Made by a program: the position numbers and the translations under genes. 64,000 nucleotides of DNA from an uncultured delta proteobacterium. Its GTDB lineage: Bacteria > Desulfobacterota > Binatia > UBA9968. Positions 8,746 to 18,467 of this stretch are shown one piece after another (position 1 is the first letter of the stretch; each line of letters opens with the position of its first letter). The notes under the pieces are model-generated. The model ran no database searches. It had not been told where the DNA came from and saw only the letters and a list, made by a program, of their open reading frames with translations. The stretch is taken from assembly GCA_963816145.1 (NCBI GenBank), contig CAWFJP010000030.1:544001-608000 (forward strand). Direction: 5' to 3'.

Positions 8746-9855
8746 TTGATGCCATCCATGATGGTCGCGACGCTGGGCATCGCCTTGCCGGAGATCCGTC
8801 TGACATTTTCGCTAACCGCACTTCAAGCCGGCAGTCTCTTTTCCGTCATGATGCTCATCGCCGCGGTCACCAGCGGCGTCGCCGGCCGCCTGGCGGATAG
8901 AATCGGCCGCAAAACCGTGCTCATCACCGGTCTGAGCCTGCTCGCTTCCGGATTCGGCCTTGCCGGGATCAGCGGTCATCCGCGGTTCTTCTTCCTGCTC
9001 CTCGCCGTCACCGGCATCGGCTACGGCTTCACGCCGCCGTCGCTCTACGCCATCATGTCAGACCTCTTGCCCAACCGCCGCGGTTTGGGGGCGAGCCTAG
9101 TCTCCGTGACCTATGGAATCGGCGGCGCCATCGGCGCCGTGCTGGCGAGCCGGATAACCGCTGCCTTCGGCTGGCGCGCTGCGTTCGTCACCGTCGGCGC
9201 CATCGCCGCCGCTGACATGTTGCTGCAACTTTGTTGGATTCACGACCGCCATCCAAGACGGACGGCGGCAGAATCAGGCTCGTTCCGTGACGCGCTGTCC
9301 TTGTCGATTTTGATTCTTGCCCTCGCGGAGTTCATCGGCGGCTCGGTGTTCTGGGCTTCGGCGGCCTGGACGCCGACGCTGCTGCGCACCGCCAAGCATC
9401 TCAGTTTACAAGAAGCGGGTTGGATCATGGGCATCTTGAGCGTCGCCAACATGCTCGGCTCGTTTACTCTGGGCAACCTTTCCGATATCTTCGGCCGCAA
9501 GCGCGTCATCGCGCTCAGCGCGTTTCCCGCCGCGGCGGCGGCCTTCGTCCTGTTCTACTGGCTGCAAACCCCGCTGTCTCTCGCCATCGGCATCGCCGTT
9601 TTCGGCCTCATCAAAGCTTCGGTGCCAGCGTTGGTCGTCGCACTGGCCCAAGAGGCCGCGCCGCCCGGCAATGCCGGCACCGCCAGCGGCATCATCATGG
9701 CGCTCCACTACTTCGCCGGCGTCATCGCCCCGCTGATCGCCGCCCAAATCATCGTCGACACCGGCGACATTGTCCTGGCGATGATCCTGACGACCGCGTT
9801 GCCCTTGGTACTCTACGGCTGCCTGATCGGCGCAGTCCGCGAGCGAAACCGATAA
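8746..9855 (+). CDS. MFS transporter (real start probably further upstream, ~8680)
   Basis: Motif A GRLADRIGRK and GNLSDIFGRK; about 12 hydrophobic segments. Confidence 0.85.
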   Translation: MMPSMMVATLGIALPEIRLTFSLTALQAGSLFSVMMLIAAVTSGVAGRLADRIGRKTVLITGLSLLASGFGLAGISGHPRFFFLLLAVTGIGYGFTPPSLYAIMSDLLPNRRGLGASLVSVTYGIGGAIGAVLASRITAAFGWRAAFVTVGAIAAADMLLQLCWIHDRHPRRTAAESGSFRDALSLSILILALAEFIGGSVFWASAAWTPTLLRTAKHLSLQEAGWIMGILSVANMLGSFTLGNLSDIFGRKRVIALSAFPAAAAAFVLFYWLQTPLSLAIGIAVFGLIKASVPALVVALAQEAAPPGNAGTASGIIMALHYFAGVIAPLIAAQIIVDTGDIVLAMILTTALPLVLYGCLIGAVRERNR

Positions 9856-9862
9856 ATCCCAT

Positions 9863-9942
9863 TCACCACGAAGGCACGAAGGACACGAAGGTTCCGGAAA
9901 ATATTATTCCGAACTTCGTGATCTTCGTGTACTTCGTGGTGA
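9863..9942. repeat. Palindromic CACGAAG element, copy D
   Basis: Between convergent MFS and azlD; same orientation as copy B. Confidence 0.9.
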
Positions 9943-9970
9943 GAATCATCGCCGCATTGAACCTGAAAAT

Positions 9971-10291
9971 TCACCGCAACCAGGAAAACAGAAGCACCAG
10001 CACCATCCCAACCAGCATGCCGATGACGGCGCTTTTAGTTTTGTAAGCGATGGCGACGGTCACAGCCAAGGCGACGGCGCGATACGGCGCGGCTTGCGCA
10101 TCGAAGCGCGGGCCGGACATGAACAGCGTGATCGAGATCAAGCCGCACAGTAGCGCGTAGGACAGATAGCGCAGCAGACGGTCCCAGGTATCGGGGAAAC
10201 TCTTGCCGACGAGAAACAACTGCGGCAGGGCGCGCAGGACCAACGCCGACAATCCGAGAATGAAAATAAGCTCTAAACGCGAGAAAGCCAT
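9971..10291 (-). CDS. azlD: AzlD-family small membrane subunit
   Basis: LVLRALPQLF, LRYLSYALL; overlaps the end of azlC. Confidence 0.65.
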   Translation of the reverse strand: MAFSRLELIFILGLSALVLRALPQLFLVGKSFPDTWDRLLRYLSYALLCGLISITLFMSGPRFDAQAAPYRAVALAVTVAIAYKTKSAVIGMLVGMVLVLLFSWLR

Positions 10292-10998
10292 TTTTCCAAA
10301 GTCCAACCCAAGAAAGCGATCAGCGCCGCCGTCACCAGCCAGCCCCAGCCGGGATTGAATAGCGCGCCGGGAATCGCCGTAACAATGCTCGCCAGACAAA
10401 TGAGCGGCATGGTCTTGCCCTTCATCTCCGCCACCAGCAGGCCAGCGAAATAACCCGGCAGAATGAATTTCAAAGCCTCTTCGAACCCCGCCGGGAAACT
10501 CAGCGCCACGCCAAACCCGGCGGCGGTGCCGGCTACCCAGACGGTGAACGCGGTGGCGCCGATGCCGGCGAAGAATCCCAGGTTGCCGTAACCATCGGCA
10601 ACGGAACTGCCGCCGCTGACCTCGCGTTCTTTTTGAAATTGTAAATACGGCACGATGAAGCTACTGGCGCTGACGACATGGGACGCGAGCACCAGCGGCA
10701 AGCGCCTGACGTCGCGAAAGAACGGCGCCAACGCCGTGCTCATCGGCAGGAAGCGCAGGTTCATCAGCAAGCCGGCGACCAATACCGTCGCCGCCGACTT
10801 GCCTTCAGCGAGCGGCACGAGCACTGCGAATTGAGCGGGACCCGAGTAAACCCAAGCCGACATGAGCACGACCTCCTCAAGCGTCAGCCCATGGGCCTGC
10901 GCCGCAATCCCCCAGGCAACCGACGACGGCACGAAGGCGATCCAGATCGGAATCGCCGCCTTCATCCCCTGGCGAAATCGCGGCGCAAAAGACATCAC
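10273..10998 (-). CDS. azlC: AzlC-family branched-chain amino acid exporter permease
   Basis: MSAWVYSGPAQF, LLMNLRF, WVAGTAAG. Confidence 0.8.
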   Translation of the reverse strand: MMSFAPRFRQGMKAAIPIWIAFVPSSVAWGIAAQAHGLTLEEVVLMSAWVYSGPAQFAVLVPLAEGKSAATVLVAGLLMNLRFLPMSTALAPFFRDVRRLPLVLASHVVSASSFIVPYLQFQKEREVSGGSSVADGYGNLGFFAGIGATAFTVWVAGTAAGFGVALSFPAGFEEALKFILPGYFAGLLVAEMKGKTMPLICLASIVTAIPGALFNPGWGWLVTAALIAFLGWTLEKWLSRV

Positions 10999-11152
10999 CC
11001 TCGCTTAACGGAGAAATCGACAAATAACATTGGAAAGAATGAAAGGTGAGGGACTTGCTTTCGCCACGAAGTGTTCATGATCTTCTGGTCGTCTACAGAG
11101 TATAAAATTGCATCTCTCCCCCCCCGGCGCCACATGGTTCCTCTCTTGATTG

Positions 11153-11219
11153 GTCATGCCGGCGAAGGCCGGCATCCAAGGGAGGAACGGGGATGGATAC
11201 CGGCTTTCGCCGGTATGAC
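11153..11219. repeat. GTCAT-type REP doublet
   Basis: GTCATGCCGGCGAAGGCCGGCATCCA ... TGGATACCGGCTTTCGCCGGTATGAC (inverted pair). Confidence 0.85.
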
Positions 11220-11360
11220 GGAAGAGTCAACCCAATTCGTCGCCCAGATCGTACCTGTACGTGTATTTTCTAAGGAGAGCACTCACGACATTGCCGTCAG
11301 AAGTCTCACTCTCACTTATATCGCTGACCTTTCCAAGAATCCCACCCCCAGCGCACCACC

Positions 11361-11382
11361 GGGCGTATGCCATACGCCCTAC
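11361..11382 (-). repeat. GTAG-type REP palindrome
   Basis: Reverse strand GTAGGGCGTATGGCATACGCCC: GTAG tetranucleotide followed by a hairpin. Confidence 0.7.
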
Positions 11383-11525
11383 CCAAGATTTGCGCCGATA
11401 CTCTGCGGTTTCTGCGCCTTTTGCGGATCATTATCCGAATCCGAAAGCTGTGAGTCCTTTGCGTTCTTTGCGGCAACGTCCCGATCCGATCTCGTGACTC
11501 ACGCCTCTAGCCTCGCGCCTTCTGC

Positions 11526-13268
11526 CTAACCCGATCCCGCCACTTGCTGCTGCTTGCGCGCGTAAATCCAAAAGCTCGTCACCACCGGCGACATCACCGC
11601 GATCATCATGATCGCGATGGCCGCGGCATCGCCCAGCCCGCCGCCATGCCACTGTCCCCAGATGTACGTCGACAGCACCTGGCTTTTCGGCGACGATAAG
11701 AATACCGCCATGGTCAACTCGCGGTAGGCCGACAGTGAAGTCCAAATCCAGGTGTAAACCAGCCCCGGCTTGATTAGCGGCACGATGATTTTGGCGAGGA
11801 TCTTGAACGACGACGCGCCGCCCACCTGCGCCGCTTCCTCCAACTCGCGATGCACTTGGATCATGCTGTTGTTCAACACCCGCGTACCGAAGCTGATCCA
11901 GCAGATTACATAGACAGCCATGATGACGAAGATCGTGCCATAGAGCGGCACGACGTTGGACACTAGCAACGCCACATACGCGATCGCCAAGGCGAACAGC
12001 AAGTTCGGCACGGGATGGGGCAGAAAGGCGACGGCATCCAAGGCCACCCGCCAGCGCAATTTCGAGCGCGTAACGATCCACGACACCGCCGCGCAGATCA
12101 AGACAATCAATGTCGGCACCGCGACCATCAGGAGCACCGTATTCATCGCCGCTCCCAAGATCGCGCTGTCGAAGGCCGCCGCGGTGTAGCGCTCGAAGGT
12201 CAACGTCGACAGCGCCTGCCAAGTTGGCGCTTGGACGTAGGGCAGCAGCGATACCCAGAAGATCGCCAAGAGCGGCAACACGAACGCCAGCGTGAAATAA
12301 AGTCCGAGCAACCCCCACGCGATCCAGCGCCAGCGGCCCAACTCCACCGGCCGCGGCTGATAGGCCTTGCCGGAAATGATCTGATACTTATGGCTATGCT
12401 TAAGCGCAATGAAGTACGGGATCATCAAGATCAACGACAACCCGACCATGATCGTGCCGTAAGCACCGCTCAAACCGTAGCGCGGCAAGCCCTCGTTGGG
12501 ATTGATCATGAAGTAGATCGCCGTACTGAAGGTAAAAATGTTATTGGCCATACCGATCACGCCGGGCACGTCGAAGGCGGCGATCGCCACGGTGAACATC
12601 CAGATAACTGCCGAGAACAACGCCGGCCAAATCAACGGCAGCTCGATGCGCACCAGCGTGCGCCATTGGCTCACGCCATGGACGCTGGCCGCTTCGACGA
12701 GAGCCGGGTTCATACTTTTCAGCGCGGCGGAGATCATCACGTAAGCCAACGGCGTCAAGGTCAATCCCTGCACCCAGCCGATACCGGTCAACGTCGCGAT
12801 GTTGAGCGGCGCGTTGGTCAGGCCTAACAGCTGCATGAGAAAAATATTGATCACGCCGATGCGCGGGTGCAGCAAAAACACCCAACCCATCGCCTTGAGA
12901 AAGGTCGGAAACAAGATACCGATGCTAAGCAAACTCATCGCCAGCGCTTTGTAGGGCATGTCGGTGCGCTCGACCAACCAGGCGAAGATAAACCCTAGCG
13001 GCACCGCCACCGCGATGGTCACCGCGGAAAAATAGAGAGTCGTCCACATTACCTTGTAGGTGTAAGGATCGGCGAGGATCGCCGCATAGTTCCTGAGCGA
13101 ATAATCCGACGCCTGCCCCGGCACGCCGGTGCGCAGGCTCATCCAGATGATCATCCCCAAAAGCAGCAGAATGGAAAGCGCCGCAACCCCCGCGACCGCT
13201 ACCAGCGACAACTGCGACCAGTTGATATTCGTGCCGCGGGGCTCGGGCATGAGGACTTGAGTGGACAT
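11526..13268 (-). CDS. ABC transporter permease, FbpB/ThiP type (two fused TM domains)
   Basis: Two EAA motifs (LVEAASVHG, LEEAAQVGGAS). Confidence 0.9.
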   Translation of the reverse strand: MSTQVLMPEPRGTNINWSQLSLVAVAGVAALSILLLLGMIIWMSLRTGVPGQASDYSLRNYAAILADPYTYKVMWTTLYFSAVTIAVAVPLGFIFAWLVERTDMPYKALAMSLLSIGILFPTFLKAMGWVFLLHPRIGVINIFLMQLLGLTNAPLNIATLTGIGWVQGLTLTPLAYVMISAALKSMNPALVEAASVHGVSQWRTLVRIELPLIWPALFSAVIWMFTVAIAAFDVPGVIGMANNIFTFSTAIYFMINPNEGLPRYGLSGAYGTIMVGLSLILMIPYFIALKHSHKYQIISGKAYQPRPVELGRWRWIAWGLLGLYFTLAFVLPLLAIFWVSLLPYVQAPTWQALSTLTFERYTAAAFDSAILGAAMNTVLLMVAVPTLIVLICAAVSWIVTRSKLRWRVALDAVAFLPHPVPNLLFALAIAYVALLVSNVVPLYGTIFVIMAVYVICWISFGTRVLNNSMIQVHRELEEAAQVGGASSFKILAKIIVPLIKPGLVYTWIWTSLSAYRELTMAVFLSSPKSQVLSTYIWGQWHGGGLGDAAAIAIMMIAVMSPVVTSFWIYARKQQQVAGSG

Positions 13269-13305
13269 GAAGACCTTGTTTTTTCGCTAAGGAGAAATTT
13301 GCTCT

Positions 13306-13374
13306 CGTCATTCCCGCGAAAGCGGGGAATCCAGGCTTCGCAACGGATGGATACCGGTTCTCACCGGTATGACG
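13306..13374. repeat. GTCAT-type REP doublet
   Basis: CGTCATTCCCGCGAAAGCGGGGAATCCA ... TGGATACCGGTTCTCACCGGTATGACG. Confidence 0.85.
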
Positions 13375-13431
13375 GATCAATGGAATGGCAACTGCCAGTC
13401 GACTCAAAGCGCATTCGTGACCGACACTCCA

Positions 13432-14475
13432 TCACTTCAACATGATCTTGTTTAGCTCTTCCTCGAGCCCGGCATCGGCCTTGAGAAACACCTCGCTCAA
13501 TTGTTTGGGATCCTGCAGCTTGATCTTGTTGGTCTTGACGTATTTCGCCAAAATCGTCCCCTCGACCAGATGGGAGCTGCGATAGTCCTGCTTCTCCAGC
13601 ACGCTTTGCGCCTCGCGGGTGGTCATAAAAGCAATGAAAAGTTTGGCCATGTTGGGATGCACGGAGTTCTTCGGCACGCCCAGCTGATAATAGGATGAAG
13701 TCGCAGGAGATGAACCCGCCAAGCCGACCAGCGGCGCGTTTTTGGCTTGCCATTTCCACATCGCCTCCAGCGGCCCGCCGGTGCTCGCCATGATCGGAAA
13801 CTCGCCGCTGACGATGCGCTCTTCTTCACCCTGGCGCAGCCGGCCGCCCGCAAGCGGCGCCAATTTACGTGCGAAGTTGAGCACTTTCTCCTTGCCCCAC
13901 ATCGGCGTCAGACGGATCAACCAGTGAATATACGCCGGAATCGCCATTTTCCCGGCCCAAGCCGGCGATAGCGCCGGATCGATCAAATCTTCGTAGCCTT
14001 TCGGCGCTTTATCTTTGGCAATCGCATTGGAGTTATAAATGATGCCGTGAAACGACGAATACACCAGCAACGACTCCTGCGGGGTAATTTCCATCTCCTT
14101 GGTCACCCAGGGAAAGATTGCCGCCCAATTGATCTTCTCCAGCGCCTTCTCCTCTTGCATATCCGCAAACGTGCCGTCGGAGCCGAGATACATATCGGTG
14201 GACGATTTCGAACCCGCCTTCTGCTCGGTGATAATCCGCGCCGCCATCTGCGGAAAGCTGGGCCCGCCGCTCAAATTCAGTTTGGCCTTGAAGCCATAGC
14301 GCTTGGCGAACAGCGCTTCGAGTTCGGCAAAACCCTTCTTGCCGCCGAAGGTCGACGTGCTCGCGACCAGCGTGACCTCGCCTTCCTTCTTCGCCTCGGC
14401 GACGATCTGCTCGAGCTTCTGCGCCTGCGCGAGCGGCGGTAAAAGTAACAAAATAGCAAGTATGAGTTTCAGCAC
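13432..14475 (-). CDS. ABC transporter solute-binding protein (AfuA/FbpA-like)
   Basis: GTG start after AGGAG, signal peptide ending AQAQ, AKKEGEV, HPNMAKLFIAF. Confidence 0.8.
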   Translation of the reverse strand: MLKLILAILLLLPPLAQAQKLEQIVAEAKKEGEVTLVASTSTFGGKKGFAELEALFAKRYGFKAKLNLSGGPSFPQMAARIITEQKAGSKSSTDMYLGSDGTFADMQEEKALEKINWAAIFPWVTKEMEITPQESLLVYSSFHGIIYNSNAIAKDKAPKGYEDLIDPALSPAWAGKMAIPAYIHWLIRLTPMWGKEKVLNFARKLAPLAGGRLRQGEEERIVSGEFPIMASTGGPLEAMWKWQAKNAPLVGLAGSSPATSSYYQLGVPKNSVHPNMAKLFIAFMTTREAQSVLEKQDYRSSHLVEGTILAKYVKTNKIKLQDPKQLSEVFLKADAGLEEELNKIMLK

Positions 14476-14583
14476 AGCATGACTCCTTCTGGAGTGAGAC
14501 GATAAAGGTCGAGAATGGAAGATAGAGCATGGCAAGACACAAGAACGATCCGTCATTTTCAATTCTCCATTATCCATTATCAA

Positions 14584-15711
14584 TTAGTTGAGCGCTTCCA
14601 CCGCATCGCGACTCGAATCGAATGTAATTGCACCGTCGGCATGGCGCATCACGCCGACCGGGTCTTTGCCTTGCGCCACCGCGTCGATGGAGTCGCGGAT
14701 CATTTTGCGCAGCATAAGAATCCCTTGGTCGGAGCTCGCCAGATGCTCTTTGGTCCGGTCGGCGATCACACCCTGGGTTTCCTGGGCGACCCGATCCTGC
14801 TCGCGATTGGGTAGATTCCACCAGCTGTCCTGCACCCTTGTGTACACGCCCGGTTCGCTCTTGCGAAAGCCTTTCACCCGCAGCGGCTCAGGCCGCGTCG
14901 GCTTGCCGTCCTTGTGTGGGTAGAAGTCGATATAGAAAGTATTGGTCGTGTAATCGTCCTTGGGCACACGGAAGCGGATCACCTGGCGCGGTTGCTCATC
15001 GACGCGCGCAGCTGAGTGGCGCACATGGGAGGGAAATACGAAATGCGAGATGCGCGGCTTGGCGACACCCTCGACCCAGGTGGTTTCCTTGAGGCCGAAG
15101 GGCGTCGGCTCCCATTTGATCGTCGGCCGCTTCATCGCCATGTTGGGATAGCCGGCGGCATGGAGCGCGATCGAGTGCGCGCCGTCCGCGGAGTTCTCGG
15201 CGCGCTGCAGCCAATTGCAGAACTCCTCGCCGCCGCCGACCACCCGGCTGCCGTCGTCGCGCACCAGCAAATCGTACGGTGGCAACAACGGCGCCGGTTC
15301 GGGGCCGATGTAAGCGAAGATCAAGCCGCCGGCGTCCTGGGCATGGTAGGCTGGATGCTTCACGCGCTCTTTGAACCTGCTATCGGCCGGCTCGGCGGGT
15401 TGATCCAGGCAGTTGCCGCGCGCATCCCAAAGCCAGCCGTGATAGCAGCAACGGATGCCGTTGTCCTCGACTCTGCCGTACTCCAACGACGTGCCGCGAT
15501 GCGAGCAGTGCAGCGCCACCAAGCCCAGCCTGCCGCTGCCATCGCGAAATAAGACAAAATCTTCGGCCAGCAACGTCACCTTGGTCGGCGCCGCCTTCGC
15601 CTGCACCTGATCCGAAAACGCCACCGGCCACCAATAACAGCGCAACATCTCCCCCGCCGGCTTCCCTGGGCCGACGCGGGTCATGAGTTCATTTTCTTCA
15701 GCAGTCAACAT
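14584..15711 (-). CDS. Rieske non-heme iron oxygenase alpha subunit (phthalate 4,5-dioxygenase/VanA-like)
   Basis: CSHRG...CCYHGW Rieske motif; ENSADGAHSIALH iron motif; EQDRVAQETQG. Confidence 0.9.
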   Translation of the reverse strand: MLTAEENELMTRVGPGKPAGEMLRCYWWPVAFSDQVQAKAAPTKVTLLAEDFVLFRDGSGRLGLVALHCSHRGTSLEYGRVEDNGIRCCYHGWLWDARGNCLDQPAEPADSRFKERVKHPAYHAQDAGGLIFAYIGPEPAPLLPPYDLLVRDDGSRVVGGGEEFCNWLQRAENSADGAHSIALHAAGYPNMAMKRPTIKWEPTPFGLKETTWVEGVAKPRISHFVFPSHVRHSAARVDEQPRQVIRFRVPKDDYTTNTFYIDFYPHKDGKPTRPEPLRVKGFRKSEPGVYTRVQDSWWNLPNREQDRVAQETQGVIADRTKEHLASSDQGILMLRKMIRDSIDAVAQGKDPVGVMRHADGAITFDSSRDAVEALN

Positions 15712-15728
15712 ATCAATGATCCTTCAAG

Positions 15729-15811
15729 GTTGAAGTATGAAGGATAAGGGCTGAAGTAAGAACGAAAACCATCGGAATCTTATTTCATCCTTCATCCTTC
15801 CGCCTTCATCC
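15729..15811. repeat. Inverted heptamer (TGAAG / TTCATCC) array
   Basis: tgaagta-tgaagga-taagggc-tgaagt ... ttcatcc-ttcatcc-ttccgcc-ttcatcc. Confidence 0.65.
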
Positions 15812-16879
15812 CTATTGCTTTAGCATCTTCGTCAACTCTTCTTTAAATTCCAAGCCGCTATCCTCGCCTTGCAGGTAGAAATTGATCGAATCCTGCGCAT
15901 CCTGCAATTGCAAGCGATTCTGCTTCAAATACTTGTTCATGATCGTGCCTTCAACCAGATGCGAAGTGCGGAAATCTTGTTTTTCCAGGATCGCCTGGGC
16001 CTCTTTCGACGCCATGAAGCCGGTGAACAGCTTCGCCAAATTTGGATGCGCCGAGTTGCGCGGCACTGCCAGCTGGAAATAGGACGGCAGCACCGGCGTC
16101 GAGCCCATCACCGCCACCAGCGGCGCGCCCTTGGCCTGCCACTGCCACATCTGTTCGGTGGCGCCGCCCATGTTCGCCGCGATGGGAAATTCGCCGCTGA
16201 CCACCCGCTCCTCTTCGCTGTAGCGCAGCCGGCCGCCGCTCAGCGCAACGAGTTTCTTGGTAAAGCTTTTGACCTTGTCCTCACTCCAGATCATCGACAA
16301 CTCGACCAACCAGGATACATAGGGCGGGATCGCCAGCTTGCCCGCCCAAGCCGGGCTCAACTTCGGATCGACCAGATCTTCGTAACTCTTCGGCGCTTTA
16401 TCCTTGGGGATCACTTTCGAGTTGTAAATCATCCCGCGCAACGAAGTGAAAATTAGGACACCTTCATTGGGAAAAATCTCCATCGGCTTGGTGATCCACG
16501 GAAATATCCCGGAGTAATTGACCTGCTCCAGCGCCTTTTCCTTGTGCAAGAGCGACACATGCGACTGCGACCCGTGATAAATATCGCTCGACGCCTTGCT
16601 GCCGTTTTTCAGTTCAGTTATCGTCCGCGCCGCCATCGAGTTCATCTCGGGTCCCGCGGCAAAACGGATCTTCATATTGAGACCGAAGCGCTTGTTGAAC
16701 GCCGCTTCGAGCAGATTCAAAGTCTTCTGCCCGCCAAACGTCTGCGCCCCGGCAATGAAAGTCAGCTCCGACTCCTTCTTCGCCCCCGCGATCAACTGCT
16801 CCAAAGTCTCCGCCGCGACGGCCGAATGAACTGAAAGCAGCACCACCAAGCCAACGATAATTTTGGCACAAACTCTCAT
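15812..16879 (-). CDS. ABC transporter solute-binding protein, paralog of 13432-14475
   Basis: Start MRVCAK at 16879 with signal peptide; shares PKDKAPKxYEDL, PAWAGK, MWxWQAKxAPLV with the paralog. Confidence 0.8.
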   Translation of the reverse strand: MRVCAKIIVGLVVLLSVHSAVAAETLEQLIAGAKKESELTFIAGAQTFGGQKTLNLLEAAFNKRFGLNMKIRFAAGPEMNSMAARTITELKNGSKASSDIYHGSQSHVSLLHKEKALEQVNYSGIFPWITKPMEIFPNEGVLIFTSLRGMIYNSKVIPKDKAPKSYEDLVDPKLSPAWAGKLAIPPYVSWLVELSMIWSEDKVKSFTKKLVALSGGRLRYSEEERVVSGEFPIAANMGGATEQMWQWQAKGAPLVAVMGSTPVLPSYFQLAVPRNSAHPNLAKLFTGFMASKEAQAILEKQDFRTSHLVEGTIMNKYLKQNRLQLQDAQDSINFYLQGEDSGLEFKEELTKMLKQ

Positions 16880-16900
16880 CGCACTCTCCCATCCGAGCAA

Positions 16901-16980
16901 CGTTGAACCTTGAACGCTTGAACCTTTGAACGAATCCGATCCCCTGGAACGTTTGCAACACCTGGAACCCTTGGAACGTT
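16901..16980. repeat. TTGAAC/TGGAAC 9-bp-period array
   Basis: About eight (T/C)T(T/G)GAAC-like units between the Rieske and SBP genes. Confidence 0.65.
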
Positions 16981-16983
16981 TTA

Positions 16984-18132
16984 TTAGTCCAACAGTTCTT
17001 CCCTCGGCTCCAACCGTATCAGCACATTCTTCGCCGGATCGCGCACGACCGCCAGCGGATCGCGCCCTTGCTTGATCGCCTCCATACCGTCCTTGTAGAT
17101 TTTCCGAAGTAGAATGACGCCTTTGTCCGTCGTGACCAGATGTTCGGTGGTGCGGTCGAAGATCACGCCCTGGCTCTCCTGCGCGGCGCGGTCCTGGTCT
17201 TCGCGGGCGAGCCAGCCGATCTCGTCGTCCCAGCGATACTTTCCGAAAACCGTATCTTGCACGCCTTCCGCCGAGCGGTCTTTCATCAGCTTCGAAGTAA
17301 TCTTGCCGTCGACCTCGTTGGCGAACTCGACGGTGTAATGGATCGTGCTGGTATCGTCCATCGGCACGCGCCAGCGCATGACTTCGCAGGAACTGCTGGC
17401 GCGGTGCTCGGTCGGATGGCCCTCTTCGACGTTGCCGGTCTTGTTGATCGTCGGCATGACGAAAAAATTCACATGCGCCCAATTTTTGCCGGCGACCCGC
17501 CGCGTGTAGGTGTTGAGAACGCCATGCTCGAAGATTTGCGGATTGATTTCGCCTTCTTCCCAGGTCGGCGTTGTCAGGCCGCGGTGCAGCCACTTCAAAT
17601 GGTTTTGATCCACCGAGTTTTCGATCATTTGAAAAAAATTACAGTTGACGATACGCGCGCGCATCGCCCGCTGGCCATCCTGGCGCGCCAGAACATCATA
17701 GCGCGGCAACAACGGCGCCGGCTCCGGTCCCATGTAGACGAACAACACACCGCCCAACTCTTGAACTTTATAAGAAGGCTGCCGCACCCGCTCCTTGAAC
17801 GTGCTCGCCGGCCCTTCGCCAGGCGTCTCCAGCACCTTGCCTTCGACGTCAAACAGCCAGCCGTGGTAACAACAACGCAACCCGCCGCTCTCGATATGGC
17901 CGAACTCAAGTGAAGTGCCGCGATGCATGCAGCGCAGCGCCAGCACGCCAAACTTGCCAAACTCGTCCTTGAACAACACCACATCCTCGCCAAGAACCCG
18001 CTTCTTCTTCGGCTTGCCCTGCAACTCATTGGCAAACCCGATCGGCTGCCAATAGCGTCGCAACAACTCCCCCGCAGGCTTGCCCGGCCCTACCTGCGTG
18101 TACATGTCGTTTTCTTCTTTACTCAGTGCCAT
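16984..18132 (-). CDS. Rieske non-heme iron oxygenase alpha subunit (second paralog)
   Basis: CMHRG...CCYHGW; ENSVDQNHLKWLH; DQDRAAQESQG. Confidence 0.9.
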   Translation of the reverse strand: MALSKEENDMYTQVGPGKPAGELLRRYWQPIGFANELQGKPKKKRVLGEDVVLFKDEFGKFGVLALRCMHRGTSLEFGHIESGGLRCCYHGWLFDVEGKVLETPGEGPASTFKERVRQPSYKVQELGGVLFVYMGPEPAPLLPRYDVLARQDGQRAMRARIVNCNFFQMIENSVDQNHLKWLHRGLTTPTWEEGEINPQIFEHGVLNTYTRRVAGKNWAHVNFFVMPTINKTGNVEEGHPTEHRASSSCEVMRWRVPMDDTSTIHYTVEFANEVDGKITSKLMKDRSAEGVQDTVFGKYRWDDEIGWLAREDQDRAAQESQGVIFDRTTEHLVTTDKGVILLRKIYKDGMEAIKQGRDPLAVVRDPAKNVLIRLEPREELLD

Positions 18133-18467
18133 AACCCTGTCCTTATGTTATTAGAATCATTCGCGTTTGTTTCATCACGAATATCCGAGTCGCAGCGAAG
18201 GTGTCAAGCAAAGCATTGCCGCCGGATCGCTCGAAGCAGGATCGCTTCGGAAAGATGTTTAGTTTTCCGCTATTTCTTTTCTAGGCTTTTATGGGCGAAC
18301 TGTCGACGAGATTTCGGTTCGAAGTGTCATTTAACCCATTGCTAGTGCCAAGAATTCTTATGGTCCTCCGCCATCACCTTGTGACTCACCACTCCGCGGC
18401 ATCAAGCTAGACAACGCTAAGTTCCAAGTTGAATTCGCACCCACCCTGTGCAAATCTTTGATTACTC

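Noticed and set aside
874-9942. CACGAAG repeats as a CRISPR array
   Set aside because: Dispersed palindromes, no repeat-spacer periodicity, no cas genes
11071-11529. 152-aa ORF
   Set aside because: Translation is made of REP and short-repeat sequence
16880-17593. N-terminal extension giving a 593-aa SBP
   Set aside because: Overlaps the Rieske gene in another frame and a repeat tract; signal peptide begins at 16879
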